A stretch of DNA of 64,000 nt. It comes from an uncultured Gemmatimonadaceae bacterium (lineage in GTDB: Bacteria > Gemmatimonadota > Gemmatimonadetes > Gemmatimonadales > Gemmatimonadaceae). The position numbers were made by a program, and so were the translations under genes. The stretch covers positions 1,760,001 to 1,824,000 of the forward strand of contig CAVUDW010000003.1 in NCBI GenBank assembly GCA_963740355.1. The letters are read 5' to 3'. Below the pieces are notes generated by a model. That model had not been told where the DNA came from. It did not search any database and was given only the letters and a program-made list of their open reading frames with translations. The number at the start of each line of letters is the position of its first letter. The first letter of the stretch is position 1. Shown piece after piece: positions 1-8,725 of the stretch.

Positions 1-91
1 CAACGTTGTAGACCTCGGAACCGCCGCAGGGAAATGCGACCGTCGCCACACACATCAACATCACCGGCACCAGCGCCGTCCGTCGGATCAT
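1..91 (-). CDS. N-terminus of a secreted protein (runs off the window edge), likely partner of the DUF3142 gene
   Basis: ATG at 91, 10 nt after the upstream stop; reads MIRRTALVPVMLMCVATVAFPCGGSEVYNV, a signal peptide followed by CG. Confidence 0.6.
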   Translation of the reverse strand, partial: MIRRTALVPVMLMCVATVAFPCGGSEVYNV

Positions 92-101
92 GCAGTCACA
101 C

Positions 102-942
102 TCACAACTCCGTCAAGAATGATGTCCAGCGGTGCCCCGCTGGGAATATCCAGAGACCGCGATAGCCCTCGATCGCGGCAAAATGCGGGACCGTCGCAAA
201 CCATGCACGGTGTTCCGTCAGTCCACCACGTGTCTGCCGCTCGAACGCGCCAAGGCCTAGCCGAAACGGTATCCCCGCACGACCCGCAAGGCGCACGGCT
301 TCGCTCACCTTTGCCGCCGTTGCCTCTTCACCCGTGTCGAACACCTGCAGTACGTGGCCACACACCACATCGCGAAACAGATCACCGTACGCCGGTTCAC
401 GCAGGTGTGCGATGATCGATGTCACCCACACTGAGTCTCGCGACAGTGCATGACTCGTGAGGAATCGCACGCTCCCCGCCCACGCTGGCAGCGCCCGCTG
501 CGGCGCATCGTAGTCGAGTTGTACTGTGTGCACCGCCGCACTTCCCCCGCGCGAGCGCAATACGTTGATAGCGCTGTCGAGCGCGCGATCGAAGGCCTGT
601 GTCGAATCAGACACACGTGCGACAGCGATCCAGTCCATCCTCGAAGCGAATGACCGCCGTGACCGTAGTCGTCTGCGGAAGCGACGGCGAGAGTCCGGCG
701 CGCGCCACCAACCTGCCGGAGCCTTGGTCGCAGTGGATCGCCCCGATGAAGACGCCGGCCTCGAGCCCCGGCCGTTGGGCCGCGCTCTCCGCGAAGAGCG
801 CCAGATCGTCGCGCGTCCAGATCCACTGGCCGAGTGCGGGTAGAACCGGCGCCCGCAATGTGCGCAGCGAATCGCCGCACGCTGCAGTCACCGACACCAG
901 TGCCGCGAATGCGAGTCGCTGTAGGGAGACGTGGAGAGGCAT
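102..942 (-). pseudogene. DUF3142-like lipoprotein split by a frameshift near 607-620
   Basis: 5' ORF has a lipobox (VTAAC) and WIW/AVIRF motifs; overlapping 3' ORF has VQLDYDAP...LPAW and HVLQVF motifs typical of DUF3142; frames switch at a GTGTGT run. Confidence 0.6.
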
Positions 943-1021
943 CGGCACGCTGCCGAATTTACCGAGGTGTGCCATCACAACGCGCCACCCGATCAGGTGA
1001 CGCAGAGGGCCGCTCGCCGAC

Positions 1022-2311
1022 TCAGTCCGCCATCGCCTCGCTGTGCCGCGTCTCCGGCATCACCACGTACACCACCAGCGACATCGCAATCAGGACGGTC
1101 ACGTACCAGTAGAACCAGCTCTCGTGCCCCATGTTCTTGAACCAGAGCGCCAAGTACTCCGCGGTGCCACCAAACACCGAGACCGCGATCGCGTACGGGA
1201 ACGCCACGCCCAGCGCCCGCACATTGGTCGGAAACAGCTCGGCCTTCACCACCGCGTTGATCGCTGTGTAGCCGCTGACCACCAGCAGCGCGAGCGTCAG
1301 CAACGACAGCGCCGCGGCAAAACTGCCGGCGGTCGCCAGGCGCGTCAGCAGCGGCAACGTGCCCAAAGTGCCCACCACACCGAACGCGATCAGCACCGGC
1401 CGACGGCCGATTCGGTCCGAGATGGCGCCCACGATCGGCTGAACACACATGAAGATCGCCAGCGAGGCAGCCGACACGAGCGTCGCGGCGGACTTGCTGA
1501 AGCCCGCTGTGTTGACCAGAAACTTCTGCGCGTAGGTGGTGAAGGTGTAGAACGCCACCGTCCCGCCGGCCGTCAGTCCGATCACAGTCGCAATCGCCCG
1601 CGGATGCGCCAGCAGGCTGGCCAGCGCCGACGCGCGCGTCTCATTCGGTGCCAGCGACCTGGTGAAGGCGCCGGTCTCGGCGATCCCTCGACGCACGGCC
1701 ACCGCCACCAGCGCACAGGCCGCGCCGATCAGGAACGGAATCCGCCAGCCCCACGCCTCCAGCGCCGCGGTGTCGAGAAAGCGCTGCAGCACCAACAACA
1801 CGCCGAGTGCGAGCAGCTGGCCCATGATCAGCGTCACGTACTGGAAGCTCGACCAGAAGCCGCGGTGCTGCTTGCCAGCCATCTCGCTCAGGTAGGTCGC
1901 GCTGGCGCCGTATTCACCACCCACGCTCACGCCCTGCATCATTCGCGCGAACACCAGGATCGCCGGCGCCGCCACGCCAATCGTGGCATACGACGGCGTG
2001 ATCGCGATCAGCAGCGAGCCGGCGCACATCAAGAGCACCGAGAATGTCAGCGCCGCGCGACGCCCGTGCCGGTCGGCGTAACGGCCCATCACCCAGCCAC
2101 CGATCGGGCGCATCAGGAATCCGACCGCGAAGACCGCCGCCGCATTCAGCAGCTGCACCGTCTGATCCGCTGGCGGAAAGAACGCCTTCGAGAAGTAGAG
2201 CGAGAACGCCGAGTAGACGTACCAGTCGTACCACTCGACGAGATTGCCGACGGAGCCGCCAATGATGGAGCGGAGTCGGTGCGAGGCTGTGGGCACAGCG
2301 GAGGATGCCAT
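1022..2311 (-). CDS. kgtP: MFS metabolite:H+ symporter, alpha-ketoglutarate permease-like
   Basis: GNLVEWYDWYVY, GFLMRPIGG, DRHGRR, GGEYG and KAELFP motifs; about 12 hydrophobic segments. Confidence 0.85.
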   Translation of the reverse strand: MASSAVPTASHRLRSIIGGSVGNLVEWYDWYVYSAFSLYFSKAFFPPADQTVQLLNAAAVFAVGFLMRPIGGWVMGRYADRHGRRAALTFSVLLMCAGSLLIAITPSYATIGVAAPAILVFARMMQGVSVGGEYGASATYLSEMAGKQHRGFWSSFQYVTLIMGQLLALGVLLVLQRFLDTAALEAWGWRIPFLIGAACALVAVAVRRGIAETGAFTRSLAPNETRASALASLLAHPRAIATVIGLTAGGTVAFYTFTTYAQKFLVNTAGFSKSAATLVSAASLAIFMCVQPIVGAISDRIGRRPVLIAFGVVGTLGTLPLLTRLATAGSFAAALSLLTLALLVVSGYTAINAVVKAELFPTNVRALGVAFPYAIAVSVFGGTAEYLALWFKNMGHESWFYWYVTVLIAMSLVVYVVMPETRHSEAMAD

Positions 2312-2334
2312 GCCCCCAACCTATCAGCCGTGCA

Positions 2335-3408
2335 TCAGGCCGCCGAGGCAGTCGTCAGCAAGGGTGCCGATGTATGTCCAACCAGCGGCATCACCTGCTC
2401 GGCAAACCGCTCCATCTCCTCCAGCTGCGGGCTGCACTGCAGCAGCAGCAAGCCGACGCCGGCGGCTTCCAGCTCGCGAATCCGATCCGCGACCTGCTCC
2501 GGTGTGCCCACCAGACCCGCCCGCAGCCCGCGATTCGACACCGAGTAGTCGTGCAGTGACACCTGCTGCTCGAGCTGCGTGTTACCGATCCAGTCCTGAT
2601 AGTTGTGGTAGCCCGGTGACCCAGGCTGCACGTTCGTGATCCGCTCCAGCTCGCGCTGCGCCTCGGCCTCCGTGTTGCGCACGATCACATAGGCAGCCAT
2701 GCCGAACTGCATCGCACGACCGTCCACCTGCTCGCGACGTGCACGCATGTCCGCGATCTTCGGCGCCACGCGCGACGCGGGATCACCGTGCATCACGTAC
2801 GCATCACACTGCGATGCGATCAGCGACTTGCCGGCTTCCGATTCGCCGCCGGCGTACAACACCGGATGCGGTCGTGACCAGCTGGAGACGGGCTTCGGCT
2901 GCACGATCAGTTCATCCACCGAGTAGAACCTGCCCTTGTACGTCAATGACGGCTCCGTCCACGCGCCCTTCAGCACATCCAGCCACTCCGCCGTGCGTGC
3001 ATACCGATCGTCATGTTCATCGAAGGTGCTGCCATAGCGACGCGCCTCATCCTTCCACCAGCTCGAGACCACGTTCAACGACAAGCGACCATTGCTGATG
3101 TGATCGATGTTGGCGGCCTGCTTCGCCAGCGTGGCCGGATGATGGAACGTCGGCCGCACCGCCACCATCAGCTCGAGCCGCGTCGTCACGGCTGCCAGCG
3201 CCGCGGCAGTCGACCAGGCATCCAGCGCCGGCGCCTCGACCCCCTTGATGTCATTCAAGAACAACTCAGCGATCAGCGTGAGGTCGAATCCGATCTCCTC
3301 GCTGCGACGCGCCAGTCGCTGCACGTACGGCCAGGTCGCCGTCATCCCTTCGTCGGGCACGTTGCGCAGCCACCCGCCAAAGACAGGCAACCAATATCCG
3401 AATCGCAT
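2335..3408 (-). CDS. LLM-class flavin-dependent monooxygenase (SfnG/SsuD-like)
   Basis: FGYWLP start; AAVTTRLELMVAVRP, IDHISNGRLSLNVV, AGGES and LVGTPEQVADRI motifs. Confidence 0.9.
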   Translation of the reverse strand: MRFGYWLPVFGGWLRNVPDEGMTATWPYVQRLARRSEEIGFDLTLIAELFLNDIKGVEAPALDAWSTAAALAAVTTRLELMVAVRPTFHHPATLAKQAANIDHISNGRLSLNVVSSWWKDEARRYGSTFDEHDDRYARTAEWLDVLKGAWTEPSLTYKGRFYSVDELIVQPKPVSSWSRPHPVLYAGGESEAGKSLIASQCDAYVMHGDPASRVAPKIADMRARREQVDGRAMQFGMAAYVIVRNTEAEAQRELERITNVQPGSPGYHNYQDWIGNTQLEQQVSLHDYSVSNRGLRAGLVGTPEQVADRIRELEAAGVGLLLLQCSPQLEEMERFAEQVMPLVGHTSAPLLTTASAA

Positions 3409-4382
3409 CAGCCCACCAACGCCGGCGCGCCGGCGATTCGTGCCTCGAGGTAATCCACCAGGCGCACGAAGGGATCGAAGCCGATCACGTTCGGGGCGTC
3501 GGCCACGAAGTTCGACAATGCATTGATGTCGTAGAAATAGTGCTGCCCATCACGATCGTCGACGAGATATTCGATGCCACCGACATCGATGTTCGCTGCC
3601 CGTGAAATCCGCTCCACCTGGGCAATGATCTCAGCCGGTGGATGCGCAACTTCGACTCGCATACCCGTCTTCGGCGCATCCACTGCGCAGGCACCACGCA
3701 CCAACTCCACACCGTTGGTGGTCTGGCAGGCATCGGCCGGGCAGAGGTCGAAGGAATTCTGCGGCGGATAGACATTGATGGCGTACAGATAGTGCCCGCC
3801 CAGCGTCTCCACGCGCGTGATGCGGCCATCGCGCAGTGGTGCCGACTCCTGCACCAGCGCCGTGCTGTCCACGCCCAGGTCGACCGTGCCAGCGGCCACG
3901 GCCTCGGCGAGCGCGTCGGCTGTCTCGTAGCGGACGATCCCGGCCCCGCTGCCGCCGATGTTCGCCTTCACCAGCACTGGGAAACGGAACCCCTTCGCGG
4001 CATCGAGCGCTCGCGACGGATGATTGATCACACGCGCCTTCGGATACGGCAGGCCCAGTTCGCGAAGCAGGTCGAGCTGCGTGGCCTTCGACAATTCGTA
4101 GGCATACGCACCAGCGCCGTTCACGACCGGGACGCCGATGCTCTCGAGATGGCGCAGCCAGTGCAACGTGTGGAACGTGGCCTGAGCGTGCCCGCGCAAA
4201 TACGCCGACGGGCTGGCCCGATTGAACACCAGCGAATACGGCGATTCGCTTTCGGACGGATCGAAGACATGTGCGGCGGCGTCGAGACGTTCATACGCGA
4301 TGCCGCGACGCTCGAGCTCAGCAAACAGCGGGCGAAACCAGTCGGGATGTTCGTGGTAGATCGCAATCGGCAGGCGGGACAT
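3408..4382 (-). CDS. ATP-grasp ligase (RimK/glutathione synthetase-like)
   Basis: VPVVNG, ELSK, PVLVKANIGGSGAGI, VQE and GIEY...DINALSNF motifs; stop overlaps the LLM start. Confidence 0.85.
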   Translation of the reverse strand: MSRLPIAIYHEHPDWFRPLFAELERRGIAYERLDAAAHVFDPSESESPYSLVFNRASPSAYLRGHAQATFHTLHWLRHLESIGVPVVNGAGAYAYELSKATQLDLLRELGLPYPKARVINHPSRALDAAKGFRFPVLVKANIGGSGAGIVRYETADALAEAVAAGTVDLGVDSTALVQESAPLRDGRITRVETLGGHYLYAINVYPPQNSFDLCPADACQTTNGVELVRGACAVDAPKTGMRVEVAHPPAEIIAQVERISRAANIDVGGIEYLVDDRDGQHYFYDINALSNFVADAPNVIGFDPFVRLVDYLEARIAGAPALVG

Positions 4383-4420
4383 GACGCAACCTCGGAAACG
4401 GTGGTGCCCCCACATACGAC

Positions 4421-4448
4421 AAAGCCCGGCGCAATGAAGCCGCCGGGC
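4421..4448 (-). terminator. Leader terminator hairpin (riboswitch expression platform)
   Basis: Minus strand GCCCGGCG-gcttcattg-CGCCGGGC-TTT, about 40 nt upstream of the ATP-grasp start; U tract is short. Confidence 0.65.
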
Positions 4449-4510
4449 GTTCGCGTTTTAGCTCATTGTTTTGCGTGGCGGCAAGAGGCGGCAAATGACC
4501 ACGGCGAACG
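4448..4510 (-). ncRNA. SAM-II (SAM-alpha-type) riboswitch aptamer
   Basis: Minus strand CGTGG-TCATTTG-CCGCCTC-TTGC-CG-CCACG-CAAAA-CAATGA-GCTAAAA; P1 CGTGG/CCACG, pseudoknot TCATT/AATGA, conserved TTGC and GCTAAA; possible outer helix CGTTCGC/GCGAACG. Confidence 0.8.
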
Positions 4511-4520
4511 ATTGTGATTG

Positions 4521-4551
4521 ATACTTAGCGCAACTCGCGAGTCGCTGTCAA
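4521..4551 (-). promoter_or_regulatory. Candidate sigma70 promoter of the riboswitch leader
   Basis: Perfect TTGACA (4551-4546) then CTAAGTAT 17-18 nt downstream, just ahead of the aptamer. Confidence 0.5.
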
Positions 4552-4572
4552 TCCTTCAGCAGATCAGTATTT

Positions 4573-5274
4573 CTACTGACCGACCACGCGAATACGCGCA
4601 CCGTCACGGTTGAAGATCTCGATCCGATCGGCACGCGCGTCACCGTTGCGGTCGGTCCAGATCTGCACCAGGCGACCATCGATGTCGAACCACTGCACGC
4701 GGTCCGGCGCACCACCGCGCGGCGGCATCACGAAACGCGCCGCGACATTCTGGCCACCAAACCATCGCTGCAGTTCGGGGGAACGCTGACCTTCCGTCCA
4801 CAGCACCGCAGCTCGCATCGACGGCAGCGCCAGTGCCGTATCATCGCACCGCGAATCACGCCCACCGTCACTGCACGCCTCGTTGCCTGACGCGTCGTCC
4901 CCGCCGCTGCGGAAGGGCGTGCGGGAGCGGTCGTCATCGCGCATCGGACGCACCAAGGGGCGCGTCCAATCGTTCGGGCTGAAGCTGCTCCGCTTCGATT
5001 CCGCACCGTAGATGACCGTCGCGCCAAATGGCTTCGCCCGCAGCGCCGTCCGACAATCGGTTGGAGCCGGCTGCTGCATCGGCGGTACGTCGCGCAGCCA
5101 CACACGGCACATGCCAGCTGGCGGGATGTACGCGGCGGGAACCTCCGGCTGCGCCGAGGGCGACTGCGCCGCAGTGACTGCGGCACTGCCGACCACACAC
5201 GCCAGGAGGATCCCCGTACGCCACGCACCCATCACCACACACGCTCCTTCTGTCGGTTCACGCCTCGCTCCCAC
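4573..5274 (-). CDS. Hypothetical secreted protein
   Basis: Signal-like N-terminus; PPAGMCRVW...PAPTDC motif; C-terminal DRNGDARAD; exact start uncertain. Confidence 0.7.
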   Translation of the reverse strand: MGARREPTEGACVVMGAWRTGILLACVVGSAAVTAAQSPSAQPEVPAAYIPPAGMCRVWLRDVPPMQQPAPTDCRTALRAKPFGATVIYGAESKRSSFSPNDWTRPLVRPMRDDDRSRTPFRSGGDDASGNEACSDGGRDSRCDDTALALPSMRAAVLWTEGQRSPELQRWFGGQNVAARFVMPPRGGAPDRVQWFDIDGRLVQIWTDRNGDARADRIEIFNRDGARIRVVGQ

Positions 5275-5297
5275 AAGCGACGCTCATACCCCGATAG

Positions 5298-5313
5298 AGC
5301 AGGGCCGGTGCCA
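5298..5313 (-). promoter_or_regulatory. Candidate sigma54 -24/-12 promoter
   Basis: Minus strand TGGCAC-cggcc-CTGCT with GG-N10-GC spacing, upstream of the 4573..5274 gene. Confidence 0.5.
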
Positions 5314-5323
5314 CAGGCCTGAA

Positions 5324-5360
5324 AAACGGTAAGTGCCTGATTTACAGACACTTACCGTTT
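5324..5360. repeat. Palindrome containing an IHF-like site
   Basis: AAACGGTAAGTG-N13-CACTTACCGTTT with perfect 12-bp arms; minus strand AATCAGgcacTTA fits WATCARNNNNTTR. Confidence 0.6.
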
Positions 5361-5463
5361 CCTGAATTCCATCGGGCCCCGCCCCTTCGTCCCCTGCAGT
5401 GGACAGCTGTCTCACTCCAGAAGTCACGCGGGCAAGGTTCCCGACGTGTTCCCTGCCGTCACA

Positions 5464-6543
5464 TCAATCGCCGAACGAGATCCCGGTCGCGCGGGCGGTC
5501 AGCACGATGTCGTGCTTGGGGTCGACGCGCTTCACCTCACGCAACGCCTCGACGATCGGAATCGTCACGATGTTGGGCGAATGCAGCGCCACCATGTGGC
5601 CCCACTTCCCTTCCGCCACCGCACGCACCGCTTCGCCACCGAAGCGCGTCGCCAACAAGCGGTCGTAGCCAGTCGGCTGGCCACCGCGCTGCAGATGCCC
5701 GAGCACCATCGAGCGCGCCTCCTTGCCGGTCTTCTCCTGGAGCATCCGCGCCAGCGGGCCGGCAATGCCGCCCATGCGCTTCGCCTGACCAGGCATCGAC
5801 GGGCCCATGATCGACTCTTCCCCGCCGATCGGCACCGCGCCTTCAGCCACCACCACGATCGAGAAGCGACGACCGGCCAGATCGCGTGAGCGAATCTTCT
5901 TCACCACCGTCTCGACGTCGAACGGAATCTCGGGGATCAGCACCACATCGGCGCTTGCGGCGACGCCAGAGTGAAGCGCGATGAAGCCAGCGTCGCGACC
6001 CATCACTTCCAGCACCATCACGCGATCATGACTCTCAGCCGTGGTGTGCAACTTGTCGATCGCCTCGATCGCCGTCGTGACGGCGGTGTCGAAGCCGAAG
6101 GTGGTGATCGTTCCACTGACGTCGTTGTCGATCGTCTTTGGAACCGCCACCATCTTCATCCCCTTCTCCACCAGGCGCTGTGCGATCGAGAGCGAGCCGT
6201 CACCACCGATGGTGATGATCGCGTCGATGCCGAGCGCCTTCGAGTTCGCCACGACTTCATCGGAACGATCGACTTCGCGATACGTGCCGTCGCCATTCGG
6301 GACGGGGTAGGCGAACGGATTGCCTCGATTGGTGGTACGGAGGATCGTGCCACCGAGATGGCCGATACCAGACACCATGTCGCGGGTCATCGGGACGACA
6401 TCGTCCTCGCCGAGGAGACCGTAGTAACCGCGCTTGATACCAAGCACTTCCCAGCCGCGATCGAGTGCGGAGAGGACGGCAGCGCGGATGACAGCGTTCA
6501 GGCCCGGGGCGTCACCGCCACCGGTGGAGAGGGCAATACGCAT
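5464..6543 (-). CDS. pfkA: 6-phosphofructokinase
   Basis: TGGGDAPGLNAVIRA, GGTIL, IGGDGS, PKTIDND, EVMGR and LGHLQRGG motifs; true start at ATG 6543. Confidence 0.95.
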   Translation of the reverse strand: MRIALSTGGGDAPGLNAVIRAAVLSALDRGWEVLGIKRGYYGLLGEDDVVPMTRDMVSGIGHLGGTILRTTNRGNPFAYPVPNGDGTYREVDRSDEVVANSKALGIDAIITIGGDGSLSIAQRLVEKGMKMVAVPKTIDNDVSGTITTFGFDTAVTTAIEAIDKLHTTAESHDRVMVLEVMGRDAGFIALHSGVAASADVVLIPEIPFDVETVVKKIRSRDLAGRRFSIVVVAEGAVPIGGEESIMGPSMPGQAKRMGGIAGPLARMLQEKTGKEARSMVLGHLQRGGQPTGYDRLLATRFGGEAVRAVAEGKWGHMVALHSPNIVTIPIVEALREVKRVDPKHDIVLTARATGISFGD

Positions 6544-6627
6544 GACGTAGGTGTTGGGGTGTGGAGTCAGCCAAGGAAAGTAACCGGCCCGGGCCATGTT
6601 CCCACGGGTCAGCATAGAATTCTTGTC

Positions 6628-7959
6628 ATGCGCCTTCTCTCCCTCGCCCTGCTCCCCCTCGCCGCCGGCCTCCTGTCCGCGCAGGCGCCCCTCACGGCAC
6701 CGCTTCCGGCGCCCCTGCTCCGGGACCTCGACACCCGTATCGCGAGCGTCACGCCCAAGGTGGTGGCCTGGCGGCGCGACCTGCATGAGCATCCCGAGCT
6801 CAGCAATACGGAGACGCGCACCGGCGCGGTCGTGGCGGCCCACCTCAAGGCCCTCGGCCTCGAGGTGCGAACCAACGTCGGTGGTTCGAACAGCGTCATC
6901 GGAATCCTGCGCGGCGGCAAGCCAGGCCCCAGCGTCGCACTCCGAGCCGACATGGACGCACTGCCCGTCACCGAGCAGACCGGCCTGCCGTTCGCCTCGA
7001 AGGTGACCACGCAGTACAACGGGCAGACGGTCGGCGTCATGCACGCCTGCGGGCACGATGCGCACACCGCGATCCTGATGGGCGTCGCCGAAGTGCTCAC
7101 CGGCATGAAGGCCACGCTGCCGGGCACGGTGACCTTCCTCTTCCAGGCGGCCGAAGAGTCGGCGCCGAACGGCGGCGCCAAGGCGATGATCGAAGCGGGC
7201 GCCCTCGACAATCCGAAGGTGGAGGCGGTCTACGGCCTGCACACCTGGCCTGGGCCCACCGGCACCGTCTCCACTCGCAGCGGCGGCATGATGGCCAGCG
7301 GCGACAACTGGCGCGTGGTCATCCACGGCAAGCAGGCGCATGGCGCGCAGCCGTGGCGCAGCGTCGATCCAATCGTGATCGGCGCACAGATCGTCACGGG
7401 CCTGCAGACGATCGTGAGCCGCAACATCGATCTCACAGCCGGACCGGCGGTGGTGACGGTCGGCGCCTTCATCGGTGGCGTGCGCGAAAACATCATCCCC
7501 GACAGCGCGGTGATGTTCGGCACCTTCCGCACATTCAATGAAAAGGCCCGACAGACCGCAGCGGACCAGATCCGGGCCATCGCCACGCAGTACGCCGTCG
7601 CGGGCGGTGCCACGGCCACCGTGACGATCAGCATGGGCTACCCGACGACATCGAACGATGCCCGCTGGTTCGGTCGTGCCACCGGTGTGCTTCGCAACAC
7701 GCTCGGCGAGGCCGACGTGCTGGAAAGTGCGCCGTCGATGCCGGCCGAGGATTTCTCGCTCTTCCTCAATCGTGTCCCGGGGCTGTTCTTCTTCCTTGGC
7801 GTCACGCCCAAGGGCAAGGATCCGCTCAGCATGCCTGCCAATCATTCGCCGATGTACGACGTCGATGAGGCGTCGTTTCCCACGGGGGTGAAGGCGCTCA
7901 GCGCGCTGGCGCTCGACGCACTGCTGCGCGGCGTTCCAGCCATGGGGCCCATGAAGTGA
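6628..7959 (+). CDS. M20 family amidohydrolase/peptidase with signal peptide
   Basis: RRDLHEHPELS, RADMDALP, MHACGHDAH, FQAAEE and AEDFS motifs. Confidence 0.92.
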   Translation: MRLLSLALLPLAAGLLSAQAPLTAPLPAPLLRDLDTRIASVTPKVVAWRRDLHEHPELSNTETRTGAVVAAHLKALGLEVRTNVGGSNSVIGILRGGKPGPSVALRADMDALPVTEQTGLPFASKVTTQYNGQTVGVMHACGHDAHTAILMGVAEVLTGMKATLPGTVTFLFQAAEESAPNGGAKAMIEAGALDNPKVEAVYGLHTWPGPTGTVSTRSGGMMASGDNWRVVIHGKQAHGAQPWRSVDPIVIGAQIVTGLQTIVSRNIDLTAGPAVVTVGAFIGGVRENIIPDSAVMFGTFRTFNEKARQTAADQIRAIATQYAVAGGATATVTISMGYPTTSNDARWFGRATGVLRNTLGEADVLESAPSMPAEDFSLFLNRVPGLFFFLGVTPKGKDPLSMPANHSPMYDVDEASFPTGVKALSALALDALLRGVPAMGPMK

Positions 7960-8615
7960 CGCTGCACCCCGGTGCGGTGATCTTCGATTGCGACGGCGTG
8001 CTGGTGGATAGCGAAGGGCTGATGAATCGCGAGTTCCGCACGATGCTGGGCGAAATCGGGCTGCGGTACACGGCTGAAGAAACGACGCGCACCTTCATGG
8101 GTCGCTCGATGAAGAGCTGCATGCAGATCGTCGAGGCGCAGTTGGGACGGCCCGCGCCAGACGATTTTCTGGCGGTGCTCGACCAGCGTGCGTATGCCGT
8201 GTTCGAGCGCGACTTGAAGGCGGTATCTGGTGTCGAAGCGGTGCTCGACGCCCTCGACCGAAACGCCATCCCCTACGCGGTGGCGAGCAGCGGGTCGCAC
8301 GACAAGATGCGCACGACGCTTGGCATCACAGGGCTGTTGCCGCGCTTGCAGGGCCGGATCACCAGCGCGACTGAAGTGGCGCATGGCAAGCCGGCGCCGG
8401 ATGTGTTCCTGCTGGCAGCCGAGCGATTACAGACGCCTGCGCATGCGTGCGTCGTGATCGAGGACTCATTGCTCGGCATCGAGGCAGCGCTGGCGGCGGA
8501 AATGCAGGTGATCGGCTACGCGGCGATGGTCAGCGCAGACGACATGCGCGCAGCGGGTGCGACGCATGTCGTCTCGACGATGGCGCAGGTGCAGGCGCTG
8601 GTGGCACCCGGCTGA
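7956..8615 (+). CDS. HAD-IA family hydrolase
   Basis: FDCDGVLVDSE, ASS, GKPAPDVF and VIEDS motifs; 4-nt overlap with the upstream gene. Confidence 0.92.
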   Translation: MTLHPGAVIFDCDGVLVDSEGLMNREFRTMLGEIGLRYTAEETTRTFMGRSMKSCMQIVEAQLGRPAPDDFLAVLDQRAYAVFERDLKAVSGVEAVLDALDRNAIPYAVASSGSHDKMRTTLGITGLLPRLQGRITSATEVAHGKPAPDVFLLAAERLQTPAHACVVIEDSLLGIEAALAAEMQVIGYAAMVSADDMRAAGATHVVSTMAQVQALVAPG

Positions 8616-8725
8616 GCATTCCGGAACGGAATCGCGCGCGAATTCAGTGACACGCGCACGATTCGGGTGTGCGTGGATCTCCGCGCGTCGACACCGTGGG
8701 CGCTGTCCCCCACAAGGAAGCGTCG

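Noticed and set aside
607..609. Selenocysteine or readthrough at the TGA after CRTCV
   Set aside because: Family-like sequence continues in a different frame, so a frameshift explains it better
3408..4560. ATP-grasp RiPP (graspetide) cluster
   Set aside because: No precursor peptide ORF nearby; the upstream region is occupied by a riboswitch-like leader
6544..7845. Apparent 793-aa PfkA and 662-aa M20 fusion-length ORFs
   Set aside because: The extensions are antisense read-through of the divergent neighbour; family N-termini begin at 6543 and 6628
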